Assembly: GCA_964187785.1 (NCBI GenBank)
Contig: OZ076409.1
Span: 90,522,001 to 90,586,000 of the forward strand
Source of the DNA: Amphiscolops sp. MND2022
Lineage: Eukaryota
Direction of reading: 5' to 3'
Length of the DNA: 64,000 nucleotides
A model generated the notes under the pieces. The model made no database searches and was not told the DNA's origin. It worked only from the letters and a program-made list of their open reading frames with translations. Positions 13,700 to 25,669 of the stretch are shown piece by piece (the stretch's first letter is position 1; every line of letters starts with the position of its first letter). Position numbers and translations under genes: made by a program.

Positions 13700-14337
13700 G
13701 ACGTCTCGCAGCGCCATGTAATAGCTATCTGTAGCTGAGATGTTTGGAGAAAACTCGTGAACAAGCAATACTGTATTCTCGTTAGACCTTGTGGCAAATG
13801 GCCGTATTTTAAAACAAGTTTTATACAGTTTTGTATGTAAACAACTCGTTCACTTAATTATTTTAGACTGCTCTTTTTTTGTTGAGTTCAGTTCGAGATT
13901 GCTCTCTCACAGCTACCCAGAACACTACCCAACATCTGTCAACTAATTCTCTAGCTCGTCCCCTTCAACTTAGACTATTTCATTTTCAACTTGTTATCGA
14001 AACGAATGCACTTAGTTTTCATAGTATGGATGGTTTGGAATCAAGGAAATATGTAGAAAACAACTCCCCTAAAATATTTTCCACCCTTCAATTTCGCCAA
14101 GTTGCTTTCGACGAAATGCTTTGGACACGTTTTCAGCTTCTCGTTGCTTCGTTCATTTTGTTTAAACCATTTTGACCTTCGGGTTTGAAATTTGAGTGAC
14201 ATCTTACAACGAATACTCGCACGTGGCGAAGGCTCTTTTAACTAGACTACCTTGAAACAATGAAAATATAGGTCGCTATCTTCATCCAAGATTTCAGTTG
14301 TAGTGAAAAGAAAAATCATACCCAGCATACTGGATCG

Positions 14338-14466
14338 ATGGATCAAGAGGAGTTTGAAAGCAGACTAAACCAGATACTAGCATTCGGCGTAGCTGGTTCG
14401 AGTGATGGGTTCATGTGGTATATGGCGAACATAGAAGCTATCGCTTTTTCTTCACTTATTGTAGAG
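14338..14466 (+). CDS. Putative first coding exon (43 aa) of the GPCR at 44311-45282
   Basis: ATG-initiated open frame MDQEEFESRL...IEAIAFSSLIVE ending at a consensus phase-0 donor GAG|GTAAGT; the hydrophobic end joins in frame to ICLGVLTFAVSLYLLIC to complete TM1. Confidence 0.6.
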
Positions 14467-15932
14467 GTAAGTGTTACAGAATAAAACGGCTAATTTCAAC
14501 TTTTTTTATAGACCAGAAATCGACTGAAACCTTCTATGATTAATTCTTTATTCATTTTCCGGCTGATATCAGCTTTCGAAATGAGTTTCTCTCACAAAAC
14601 ATATGTCACTAATCGAACTGCAACATGGTTGAGCGTCAATTCTTGCAAGAAATGTTTTCAAAATCAAGGCTATTGTTTTTTGATTTGCCAACCGTCCTGA
14701 TAAGTACCGGTTGCATTTACCTTCACTCCTGATTAAGAACATTTATGATGATAATAGGTTCGTTGCTTCAAATGCAAGAAAGATCGAACTCTTTATCTTT
14801 TCATTTTTTAATCCTCTGCCATTATAGAACAACTTCATAGATATAGATTAAAGCTCGAAGTCTTTATTCAAAATAAGGTTTTATAAATATAATCAGGACT
14901 ACCACTGAGCAAAGGAATAGAATGCGCTCCGAACTAAATAGGCTAAGACAACTCCCTATGGCTCGAGCGCTGAAATTTTTACACTTGATTGGACATTTTG
15001 TGCAAATAAAAAAAACTGTCAGCTTCGGCATTCTGAGAAAACTCTAAAATTTGCCAATATTGTGTCTTGGAACGCTTTTATTAATCTTAACCACCAAAAA
15101 ATGTTTAGGAATTTAGTTGAAACGGTTGAAAGTGGCCGCCTCTTCTGAGAAAAAACAGTAGCTTCCTATTTTCAAAAAGTACTGCATTGGTGTTCTGTTC
15201 TTCTGTTCTTCGTTGAGATTGCTGGACATTGTAACGTTCAAAAAATTGAAAGTTGTACGAAAAGTGCCACTAATCTTTCCAAAAAATATCTTTTTTTTTA
15301 CTAATTTACTGATATCAAACTTTTGATTTACTGATATCCTTTTCAGAAATTTTGAAATCCAGAAGAGTATGCTACATAAAAAACTCATTTCATTTCTGAA
15401 GTCTCTGCGGAATAAAATCTACCAAATATCCAGAAATTGACCAAAAATTGCATTGAAGTGTTAAAAAGTCAAAAACTACACTTTCGCAATTTTAGTGCAA
15501 AAAAATTGTTGACAAACTGTTAATTTCTCCAATGAAAGGGGGCCTTGACTCTGTGAATAATTGGCTTTTGAGCTTTTCAGATGTTCGAAACCTTGATAAA
15601 AAATAAAAGAATAATACAGAGAACGTTTGAAACGGTCAAAATTTGAAATGAATTTGATATTGGGGCGATCTTGCATTTTTTTGTTTGGATAACCTCAAGT
15701 TGGTTTTCCTAAAAACGTGTTGGATTTTCCATTGCATCGACATGGAGTTCTCGGTATTTTCTAACTCTCGAAAACATTGTAACTTTGTAGCAAATTTCAA
15801 CTTGGTGTCCAATAATTCGAAAGTTTGCCTTTTTTGTTTGCCATTCCTAGGCTTTATTCAATCCATAAACTCCAAACTCGAGATGACTCTTTGGGTGTTT
15901 GGATCTTTCGAAACATTCGAAAAATTTGTATA

Positions 15933-16871
15933 CACTATGGTAGCAAAAAGCGACGTACAGCTAGAAATAAAATCTTAATCATTTTCATTCTCAACCGGAA
16001 GTGAAATCAATAACTCTTGAATTAAACATTGTTGAAAATGGTCAAACCTTTGGACTCATACGTTGTTTGCAAAATCGTTACACTTCGCGAAATTGGTTTA
16101 TCATACAAAGAAATTAAAGAAAAGTTTGACAGCTCCAACAGCTTATCAGCGTTTTTTGAGACGAACTCTTATGTGGCGAAAAAACCTCCAGGCCGGCCAG
16201 AAAAGCTCAGCGAAAAAGAGCAAAGACTAATAGTTCGCAGAGTGGAAAAAGACCCAAAAACAACAAAAAAACAAGTAAGAGTACTGCAAAACTCTTTTTC
16301 AACGTCAAAGACAGTTTCTAAATGTACTATTCGAAAATCCTGAAAAAGTACGGAATTGTTTCTAGAAAAGCCGCAAAAAAGTTCAACTTGAACAAAAAAC
16401 AAAGACTGATCAGAAAACGCTGGTGCTCGAGAATGTTGAAAAAGCCCCTTGGTTTTTATCCAGCGTCAATTTTCCACCGAAAATGGGAAAAAGTTTTGGA
16501 ATTTTTTGAAAGAAAAAATATTTGAGAAAAATCTCAAAGTGCCGAAGAAACCAAAACGAAACCAGCTTACAGTCCTGACCTGAATCCTTTTGAAAATATT
16601 TGGGCCATTTAAAAAAAAATCTTGCGAGGTCAGATTGTTACCTGGGAGAATTTAGAAGAAAAGGTTATGGAAGTGTGGAACAACATAAACCCTGATGTTT
16701 TTCGCAACTTATACTGATCGTATGAGAATCGTCTGGTGAAGGTAATCAAAAACCATGGTAGTTTGACGGGATATTGATTCATTGTTTGTTTCAACAGTCG
16801 TTTCAAATTTTACTCTGTTTGGTGTTTTTTTAAAAAAATGTTGGTGTACGTAGCTTTTTGATACCATAGTG
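15933..16871 (+). mobile_element. Tc1/mariner element, internally deleted
   Basis: 27-bp TIRs (15933-15959 and 16845-16871, 25/27 match) flanked by TA; transposase remnants with HTH/GRP motif (PPGRPEKLS) and PAYSPDLNPFENIW near 16562-16603; centre of the catalytic domain missing. Confidence 0.9.
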
Positions 16872-17604
16872 TATTTTGGCGTAGGTTTGAGACTTTTTTT
16901 ATAAAAACCAAGGATTTGCTTTTTGTACCAGCGTACGAGATAATTGGTTCGTTCATGAACTCTCTGGTTGATCTTTCCGTTAGAAACGTCGCGCAAATGT
17001 CCAAAAAAATCAGATTTCCCATCAAAAAGTATCCTTTTTTTAGGTCGTTTGGGGTCATGTTGAGATACTTTTTCATAGATACTTATCAATTTGATCATTA
17101 AAAAGAGCGTCATTGTTAGCTTGTTTTTTGGCTTTGGATTGTTTGGGATATTCTCACTTACGAAGAAGTCGACAACTGTACAAAAATAGCATGAAAAGGC
17201 TAAAAATTGGGAATTTTTTTGCCAATTTTTGTTTCCGATTGGTCGAAGCAAACTAATCCAAAAAATCTGAAATGCAGCTTTCCATGAATCTACGTTTATG
17301 TCAGTTGAACTCCATGCGAGATTGACGTCAATTTGGCTATGATATTGGAAAATGACAAAATTTGGAAAAAAAACGCTGCTCAGTTAGTAATTTTTGGAAA
17401 TAGAGGAAAAAAATATCAAAATCTTCTGTTCATAAATTCATAAGCCTGCTGTACCAACGACTTATTTGCAAAAGTCAAAAACTGTCACTAGACATCTGTT
17501 TCTTATTCGTCAATGAAAAGTTTCTTCGATTCTGTCATGCCGGAAGCATGATTAGAATTACATGAAAATAGTGACGCTGTTAAGCAAACAGCATCAAACA
17601 GCAT

Positions 17605-19343
17605 TGTCGCAGGCTGCCGCTTGCGATGGGACACGGATCCCAACGACTACTAACGAGCAAGAAGCCGTACCAGGTACTTTGCCCACATTTTAAGAGAATT
17701 ATTCAAAACTTTTAGTAAAACTCACTGTTGTTTTATTATATCCATTATGTATTCGGATTGTATATTAGTCTGATTAATACTCGTGTTAGAATTCAAACGG
17801 TGATGATTATGCTTATATGATGATTTGTTTAGCAGTGACGTAATGTAGTAAAGGCAAGTGTAAAGCTTAAAGGAAACGAGTTCAAGTGAACGAAACTCTA
17901 ATTCCGGAGACGTCACTTGAGCTCATTTCATTAGCCAATCAGAACACTCTATCCTGCTGTGCATTATACTATCATATTTGTTTGGCCGTATACGGCCACT
18001 TGACGCTATACCTTATTTTGTAAGCGGACCAAAGGCAAATGGCCGGATTAGGCCATTCCAACTATTAGCTTGTGTAATTGTTTAATTTGAGTATGCATGT
18101 TATTTAAAGTCATGTAAGATTGTATTTGTACTTAGAGGGTGCTAATGGGCCTATTTAAACCTAATTGATGTATTTGTGACCACCAGTCATAAACTCTAAA
18201 TAATAGTCCGGTGGACTAAACCGGCCGCTTTAATTGGCTGGATCCTTTGTCAAATGGCCGAATTGGGCCACATCCACCTTTTATTAGTGCATGTAATTGG
18301 AGTTGCTACTTGATGAATTAGCTTGCGTGTGCAGGCACGTGCCTTAGATACCTCACATACCTGTTGACACAAATATTACTTTGAAGTGTCTGAATATATA
18401 TTTGCTTTGATATTAACTGTTACGGGAATGCGGACTAAACCGTCCCCCGTACTTTGAAGCTATCATGAGTATGTGATTGAGTACATTCCTCAGGAATTTT
18501 TCCGACCCTAAATTCCCGAATCACTTTGATGCAATAGCTATTTTTCAATACTCGTAAAATTTCACGACCCTTTAGAACATGTAAACATTTCAATAATATG
18601 TGGAAAATGTGAGTGTCATGCCTCAGGAGGTATATATATATACACCCCCTTCCTGAGGGGACACAAGTTGCTTTCTTTTCACAACGTTCAGTTCATTGAT
18701 ATTACCAGTTTTCCGAACTAATTCAATATTAACCTCGGACTTTCTTCCTAAATGCCTACCACTAGAAAACAGAAGAAAACAAGGAAATCTAGAGAAGCAG
18801 AAATGCTATCAGACATTGAGAATTTGGATATTATGCTCGGAAGAAATCATTTTGATAGAAATGAGAGAAATGAAAGTGTGAATAGTAATCGGACCGGTAG
18901 GCCAGAAAGCTTATTCGGAGATGAGTTTGGAGAAGAAAATGAGAACGAGTTCCCAAACCCGGGAAATAATGGACCTAGTCCAAATACCGAATTAGGCCAT
19001 AATTCAATCAGAGAGTGTTCAAGTGTTGAGATCAATAGATTGTCGAGTGAGTTAAATTCCCGTATATCTCGAGAGATGGACGAAATGATGAATAGCGTCA
19101 GTGTTCAGATTCAAAGGGCCATAAATGAGGCCATCAGTAATCAAATTTTGCCTCAAATCCAAAATGCAGTTATGGCCGGGTCGGGACAATTGACCAAAGA
19201 GAGATGGAACGTTCCGGCCGAGAGACCGGAAGGATATTCTGAAGTGCTGCAAAACTTAGAACCTAAGAACAATCCTAAGAGTAAGCAAGGTAGCGACCGT
19301 CTCAAAGACGGATTCACAAGCACGAATTCTCGTGCTTACGACA
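17605..19343 (+). repeat. 5' LTR of element A
   Basis: Direct repeat of 31875-33613 at constant offset 14270; followed directly by TGG of the PBS. Confidence 0.97.
18621..18660 (+). promoter_or_regulatory. Probable LTR core promoter: TATA-like run between short inverted repeats
   Basis: CCTCAGGA-GG-TATATATATATA-...-TCCTGAGG about 110 bp upstream of the gag ATG; repeated at 32891-32930. Confidence 0.45.
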
Positions 19344-20470
19344 TGGTGACAGGAGAAAACGAATCTCCAATCGAAGTTCCTGAGTTTCTCACGGGACGAG
19401 TCTCATCCAGAAACCATCTCGACAGGTCCTATGAGGATATTAACCTTGACACGACGATCCCAGCACAAGAGAGAAATGCTCCGGCTGCTCAAACTGACCC
19501 TATTACTCGACTAGCAGATGTCTTGACAACGATGCAGAATAGGCCGACAGCCCAACAACTCACTATACGCCCAGTCAATTCAAACACAATGACTTTTGAT
19601 GGCAAGAGTGAAAAATTCGAGCTGTTTGAGGACCTATTCCACACGATGATCAAGATGCAACCGGAAATGACGGAACAGATGAAAATCAATCACTTCCACT
19701 CACTGCTGAGGAAGAATGCTCTCCAAACCTTCCGGAACATCAGCTCGAGCAATAGACAGACTTTAGAGGACGTATTGGTAATATTCAGACGAAAATACGT
19801 CAAACCCGAATCACAGGCAACCGCCAAACATAAATGGCACCGTCTAGTCTTCGATCCCAACACGATGAAACTGCCAGATTTCCTTGAAGAATTAAATCAA
19901 GGGGCAGAAAAAGCATTCGGGGATCACGCGCAGAAAATGATTGACAGTTTGCTCTACGCAAAACTTCCACCAAAACTGAAGCGGTCTGTAAACATGGCCA
20001 GACTCGAAAATGGCTCTTATGACGAAATAGTTGCTCATTTAGAGAGAGAGTTAGAACTAAATGCCCTTGAGGAATCAGACGACCTACCAATGGCCACAAT
20101 GACCTCCTCGACAACAAAATCCAAGACTCCTCTAACTACTGGGCAAATGTCGGACATCACTTGCAACTACTGCAAGGAGAAGGGCCATATGGTCAAAGAC
20201 TGTGAAAAATTGAAGAAGAAAAAGGAAAAAGATGCCCAACAAGGCAAACAAACCCAGAAAAAGACGTATCCGGAGTGTGGCACTTGTGGTAAAAAGAACC
20301 ACCCGGAAGAAAGATGTTGGCAAGGTGCTGGTGCACATCTCAAACCCAAACGCACCAGATCAGATGACGCTAATGACGGTAAACCCAATTCAAAGGCGCA
20401 GAAACCACAGAACAAATCAACATCTTCCAACTCACAGACCTCATCTTCCAATGATGAGTCAAAAAACTAA
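18752..20470 (+). CDS. gag: Gag (572 aa) of element A, initiating inside the 5' LTR
   Basis: Intact ORF; capsid-like FDGKSEKFELF region; zinc knuckles CNYCKEKGHMVKDC and CGTCGKKNHPEERC; homologous to 51475-53190. Confidence 0.93.
   Translation: MPTTRKQKKTRKSREAEMLSDIENLDIMLGRNHFDRNERNESVNSNRTGRPESLFGDEFGEENENEFPNPGNNGPSPNTELGHNSIRECSSVEINRLSSELNSRISREMDEMMNSVSVQIQRAINEAISNQILPQIQNAVMAGSGQLTKERWNVPAERPEGYSEVLQNLEPKNNPKSKQGSDRLKDGFTSTNSRAYDMVTGENESPIEVPEFLTGRVSSRNHLDRSYEDINLDTTIPAQERNAPAAQTDPITRLADVLTTMQNRPTAQQLTIRPVNSNTMTFDGKSEKFELFEDLFHTMIKMQPEMTEQMKINHFHSLLRKNALQTFRNISSSNRQTLEDVLVIFRRKYVKPESQATAKHKWHRLVFDPNTMKLPDFLEELNQGAEKAFGDHAQKMIDSLLYAKLPPKLKRSVNMARLENGSYDEIVAHLERELELNALEESDDLPMATMTSSTTKSKTPLTTGQMSDITCNYCKEKGHMVKDCEKLKKKKEKDAQQGKQTQKKTYPECGTCGKKNHPEERCWQGAGAHLKPKRTRSDDANDGKPNSKAQKPQNKSTSSNSQTSSSNDESKN
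19344..19356 (+). promoter_or_regulatory. Primer binding site of element A (tRNA-Leu-like)
   Basis: TGGTGACAGGAGA abuts the LTR end and is identical at 52061; one mismatch from the common tRNA-Leu PBS TGGTGTCAGGAG. Confidence 0.75.
20461..20470 (+). other. -1 ribosomal frameshift site gag to pol (A AAA AAC before the gag stop)
   Basis: Canonical X XXY YYZ heptamer; the -1 frame is open into the ORF at 20566; same arrangement at 53181-53190. Confidence 0.8.
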
Positions 20471-23400
20471 CTTCGCCACGACTCCAATACAACCAACTAG
20501 TATCTGTCCGTCAATACATCAGATCGGACCCTCCAACGCAAACTTTCCACCAATACAATCAACAATTGATGGGCTATCCTTCTGTTGTCTGGCAGCAGCA
20601 GATAGAAAAAGCTACCATTATTACTTACAATAATACCCATTTGTTCCAAAAACCAATTCCTGTATGGGACCCTGATTACACATCCGCTTTCAATAGCCGA
20701 TTCAGGCCCATTCCCTTGGTAGACAACTACAACCCTACCTACATAGATCCTGACTATGGACGAGATCCCTATTGGGATACCGAACTTTACAACCAGGATT
20801 TGTTACAATTCCAATACGTTATTGATGATATAGAACTCTATAACAGATCAGTCCATGACAATCCACCAATCACCCATAACAAGAAAACCAGAGCATTGAT
20901 CGAAACATGGCAGATGAATGATGGTACAAGCCATCCGGTGTTCCCAAACCCCTTAGGGACCGAGACCTCAGACAAACCAGAAGAAACAATACCACAGTCA
21001 CTACTTGACGAAAGTCAGTTCCAAAACATCCTTATTACCAAAGAAGGTGAACCAGACTGTATACCCCTGTCTACCAACATAAACTTGAAATGCAAGAAAC
21101 GCATGCTATATTTCCCTATGGACTTTGGGGAACTGACCATTGACGGACTCATCGACACTGGTGCCTTATCCAGTGCAATCCCCGAAATGGACCTCCGGAA
21201 AATTAGACTCCTTTCACCACAATCAGTTATCCGAGAAGGTCCGCCTCCGAACTTCCAAATCATGGTCGCTAATGGGCAACTGGAAACTCCTAAGAGTACC
21301 ATAGAGCTCAAATTCGAAGTTGGTGACATTGAGTTCCATGAAATCTTCATAGTAATGGAACATCTGACAGGACCAATCATAGGACTAATGTTCCTCCAGC
21401 GAAATCATACAGTTCTGGACATGAGGCAAGGAATACTGAACTTTCCGTTTTTTTTCGATGCAGCTGAAAACAGCTGACCATAAATACTCAAATGTACTAG
21501 AGCCAATTTTGAACCCTACCGAAATCACAATCCCGCCAAATGACAGAGTCCTAATTAGGACTAATTCCTTATTGTACCCTGAAAACACGGTCACAGGGAT
21601 CTTACAACCAAGCGACCTTCTCCACGAAGAAGGTGATATCACATTCTGCCCAGCCTTGGTCACCTTGAATGACGGCAATATAATGATATCAGTGAATAAC
21701 TTCACAGATCACCCTTATGAACTTAAAAAGGGACTCCACATTGCTAGTTTCTCAGTCATGACGCCAGAACAAATGAAATACGTCAAACCGGTAGACCCGG
21801 CATCAACCTGGCATTTGTTGCAAAACGACCAAGAGCAAGCAGCCCATTACGTCAGTAGCCTGATCAAGACGAACAGAAATCCACAAAACACTGAAAACTA
21901 CTGGTTCCCAACTCCAGAAAATCCTGGAAACCCTAAGGAACATACGCCCATACAAAAACGAATCCTTCAAGAATTACAGGCCTTACAAGACCTAGAGACA
22001 CTTGACCCCACCAAAGATGAAGAATCACGTGCAAAATTCTTAGAAAACTTCGATTGGAAAGATTCCACCCTTACCCCTGAAGAGAAGGAGAAAATAGAGG
22101 AATTGTTAGTGGAATTCCACGACATCTTTGCACGACACCGATTTGATATAGGCATGAACGAGGACTTCAAGGTGAAACTGACACCTAAAGACGATTCCCC
22201 AGCCTATAGTCAAAGTCTTCCAGCCCCCATCAACTTGAAGGAAGACATCATAGTCGAATTAGCCATGTTACACAAATATGGCATCATTACCACCCTACCG
22301 TTCTCAAAGTACGCAAGCCCAATATTCGCCCAAAAGAAACCAAATGGGAAGCTACGACTCTTGGTTGACTTGAGAAAAATCAACAACCTCATCTCGGATG
22401 ATTATATAAACAATAATCACCCTGTTAGCACCCTGGTTGATGCCGCCCAACACTTGGCAGGCAAAAAACTGTTCTGTAAATTAGACTGTTCGCAGGCATA
22501 CCACTGCCTACCAATGGCTGACCAACGTTCAATCGAAATGCTGGCTTTCAATTTTGCCAGTCGCACATTCGCTTACAGACGCTTAGCACAAGGCCCTAGT
22601 CGGTCACTATCCGCATTCTCGAGTTTCATGAGGGAATACCTCGACAAAGTCATTAAAGCGGATCAGTGCGCCCAGTATGTGGACGATATCGGCATCGCAG
22701 CCAATGATGTCGACCACCTCATGACGAACCTGAGAGCAACATTCAAATGCATTCAGGAAGCAGGCCTTAAGTTGACAATGCACAAATGTCACTTCGGTGC
22801 AAAAGAAATTGATTTTCTCGGACGGACTATTACCCCGCAAGGCGTCAAACCCCAGAAACAGAACGTGCAAAACTTTCTGGAAAAGACCAAATTCCCAAAG
22901 TCGAAAAAGGCTTTGCAGCGCTACTTGGGATTCCTGAACTACTACAGGAATTATGTCCCAAGACTCTCCGAACGCCTTGCTCCATTCTACAAGATGCTCA
23001 AAAGTGACGAAAAGGTCCTAGTATCGAAAGAATTAGTCCAACAATTCGAAGAAATCAATAGAGCGCTAGACAAATGTTGCGACTTAGCCCTACAGCAACC
23101 CATTCCGAACAAGCAAATAGCACTAATGACTGACGCAAGTTTTGGTTCAGCCGGATACGCGGTCTTAATTGAAGATGACCCGAACCAGAAATTCACGTCA
23201 CTCAGGAAATCGTATGCTCCAGTCGCATACGGATCGAAAACTTTCACCCCAGCACAGATAAAGATGTCAATTTACGCAAAGGAATTCCTTGCAATTTATT
23301 TTGCATTTAAAGAATTCGGACATATATTCTGGGGTGCGCCGAAACCAGTCATCATCCTTACCGACAACAAAGCAGTCACGAGATTTTTCCAAACAAAAAT

Positions 23401-25669
23401 AATACCCCCAGCCCTGTGGAACGCGTGTGATTATGTCATTCAGTTCAATTTTGTCATAGCACACATCCCAGGGGCACAAAATACAGCCGCCGACTACTTG
23501 TCCCGATTGGAAGCAGATCCAAAGGACAAATTAGTAATGAAAATTCGTGAAGATGTACAAACACTACCAATCGAAATCAATGTCCAATCCGCAGGGGTGT
23601 CGCAAGAAGAACAAATCTTCTACACCAATGACGACGATGAGACAGAGGAACAGTATTGGGCAAGAAAAGAAGCAATCAGGAAAAATCCAGCAACTGATGA
23701 GCCCACTGTTACTATACAAACTCTGTCAACAAATCTGGTCAAGCAACACCCCGATATACAAGTCCGATTGAGGAAAACGAACCAGATCATTATTGAGCAA
23801 TCCAAAGATACAGTATTACAACAATTGAAGGCAAAACTCCTTCATGAAGACTATTCAGAAAACATACTGCAACAGGATGCTCGATATAGACACTATGCAA
23901 ATAATCTGGAACGAATCGTACTCAAGGACGAAATCCTGACAAGGCAATATTTCGATGAAACAGGGAATGTTAAATACCATCAAATTCTACTCCCGCAACA
24001 CTTACTCCGGGAATTGCTTCAATCCCTTCACGGGACAGCGCATAAACACCCCGGGATTTCAAAAATGCTACAGGAAATTAGACAGAGGTATTACTACCGT
24101 AGCATGGCTAAACACGTCAAAAAGTGGGTAGAAGGGTGTGAACAATGTGCCAGAGACAAGAGAGTCCCTAACGCAACGATCACACCTGGGCTGCTCAACT
24201 TGCCCGAATGGGACCTTGGACCTGAAGACGCCATTGACCTATTGCCGAATCTTCCCCCAAGTGGAGGGTATGAAAATGTCCTAACGGCAATTGATGTTTT
24301 CTCCAGATATTTATTTGCTTACCCTCTCACGGACGCATCAGCTATCAACGTGGCAAAAGCGCTCATTGATATAATGACTAAACACTCATATCTACCAACG
24401 ACTCTTATCACCGACAAAGGTACTGCATTTACTTCTACAATTATCGCGGAAATTACGCAGATTTTGGGCATTACACTCAAATGCGCCACGACGAAACACC
24501 CGCAGACAATTGGAAAATTGGAGCGAACTCATGCCTCATTGAAAACAAATCTCAAAATGGCATGTGGAGAATATCGCCGACAATGGCACAAAGACTTGCC
24601 ATTAGCAGTACTGAATCATAATACTAGCTATCACGCCAGCATCGGTTGTGAACCGACAAGAGTATTCCATGGAAGAATTCCATTTAATATCTTGGACCAC
24701 AAACTTGGAAATAATCCAAATGAGCAGATTAACCCCACAACCGAATTTGCTGAAGAAATCCAAAACCGGACAAAAATCCTAATTGACAAAACAAAACAGA
24801 ACATTATGCAGTCGTACATCAAGTACAAAGAATATTACGACCGCAAAGCAAAAGCTGCTCCATTGAAGGAGAATGATTACTGTTTCGTCTTACAGCCGAA
24901 AGCGGATCATCAAGGATCAAAAATTCCATTCCGCGATTACCGCTGGGTTGGACCATTTGTAGTCCAAAAGATTTTGCCAAATGAAAACTACATAGTACGA
25001 AGGATCAATACGAACAAAACTCAAATTTTGCATCGCATTCGCCTTAAAAGGTTTATTCCCAATCAACCGCTTGAAGACAATTTCCGAGAACAACGTCTGC
25101 AGCCAGACGAAGAAATTGTCATTCCGCAAGATGACCTATACGTCATAGCGTGGGAAACAGATTTTGGAGAGCAGCTAGTTACACAAGACAACGAGACTAT
25201 TCCGACTAGCGTACCGAATGGCGAACAACCGAATGCGGAGCAGCCGAATACGAGTGACGCACACGAGAATGAAGTGGATTATGTAATCACGAGTGATAAA
25301 TCAAATCTTGCCGACCGAGCGTCGCATAGCCGGAATGAACGATTAATTGATGACGTCACTACAAGAAATGAAGCTAGTGAACAGTCTAGAAATGAAGAAC
25401 TTGATTGGCCGAATCCGGCCATTTCCCCAAAAAGCCGTGAAAAATCTTTGCCGGATACGGCAGACAGCCTAAAAGACAAAGAAATTTTACCCGATGAAAA
25501 TTTTAGAACAGAAGTCGATGCACAAAAATCTCCGAAAAGGGGGGATGATATTATCGTGCCCGAAATATCTGAAAACGATGCTAGAAATGAAAGTCTGAGC
25601 CCTAGAGGAGGGAAATATAATCTCAGGCCTAACCCTAATCCGAACTACTCAGAAGACTTCAGATACTAA
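20464..25669 (+). CDS. pol: Pol polyprotein of element A (protease, dUTPase-like spacer, RT, RNase H, integrase), one frameshift in a T run near 21448-21455
   Basis: LIDTGA protease, YVDD RT, TDAS RNase H, H-H-CEQC zinc finger, DLL / TDKG / KLER integrase core, GPF motif; element B reads through the T run in frame (FPFFSM). Confidence 0.93.
25534..25545 (+). promoter_or_regulatory. Candidate central polypurine tract (GAAAAGGGGGGA)
   Basis: PPT-like sequence about 70 bp from the element midpoint (25609); conserved as AAAAAGGGGGGA at 58257-58268. Confidence 0.55.

Larger units (their letters stand above)
8008..13911 (-). mobile_element. Full-length but decayed Ty3/gypsy LTR retrotransposon, Mag-like
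   Basis: TG...CA LTRs at 13717-13911 (195 bp) and 8008-8670 (interrupted by an insertion); 5-bp TSD GCTAC (8003-8007, 13912-13916); PBS TGGCGCTGCGAG (tRNA-Ser-like) next to the 5' LTR; PPT AAAAGGAGGGA next to the 3' LTR; double Cys/His knuckle in gag; RT-RH-IN order. Confidence 0.93.

Noticed and set aside
16709..17251. 180-aa minus-strand ORF
   Set aside because: Crosses the Tc1 TIR boundary and has no domain signal.
20232..20633. +1 frame ORF as the gag-pol bridge
   Set aside because: It stops at 20633; the -1 frame from the AAAAAAC site is the one that is open and conserved into protease.
21448..21455. Second programmed frameshift between protease and RT
   Set aside because: Element B is in frame here without a long T run; one extra T in a homopolymer is better explained by mutation or sequencing error.
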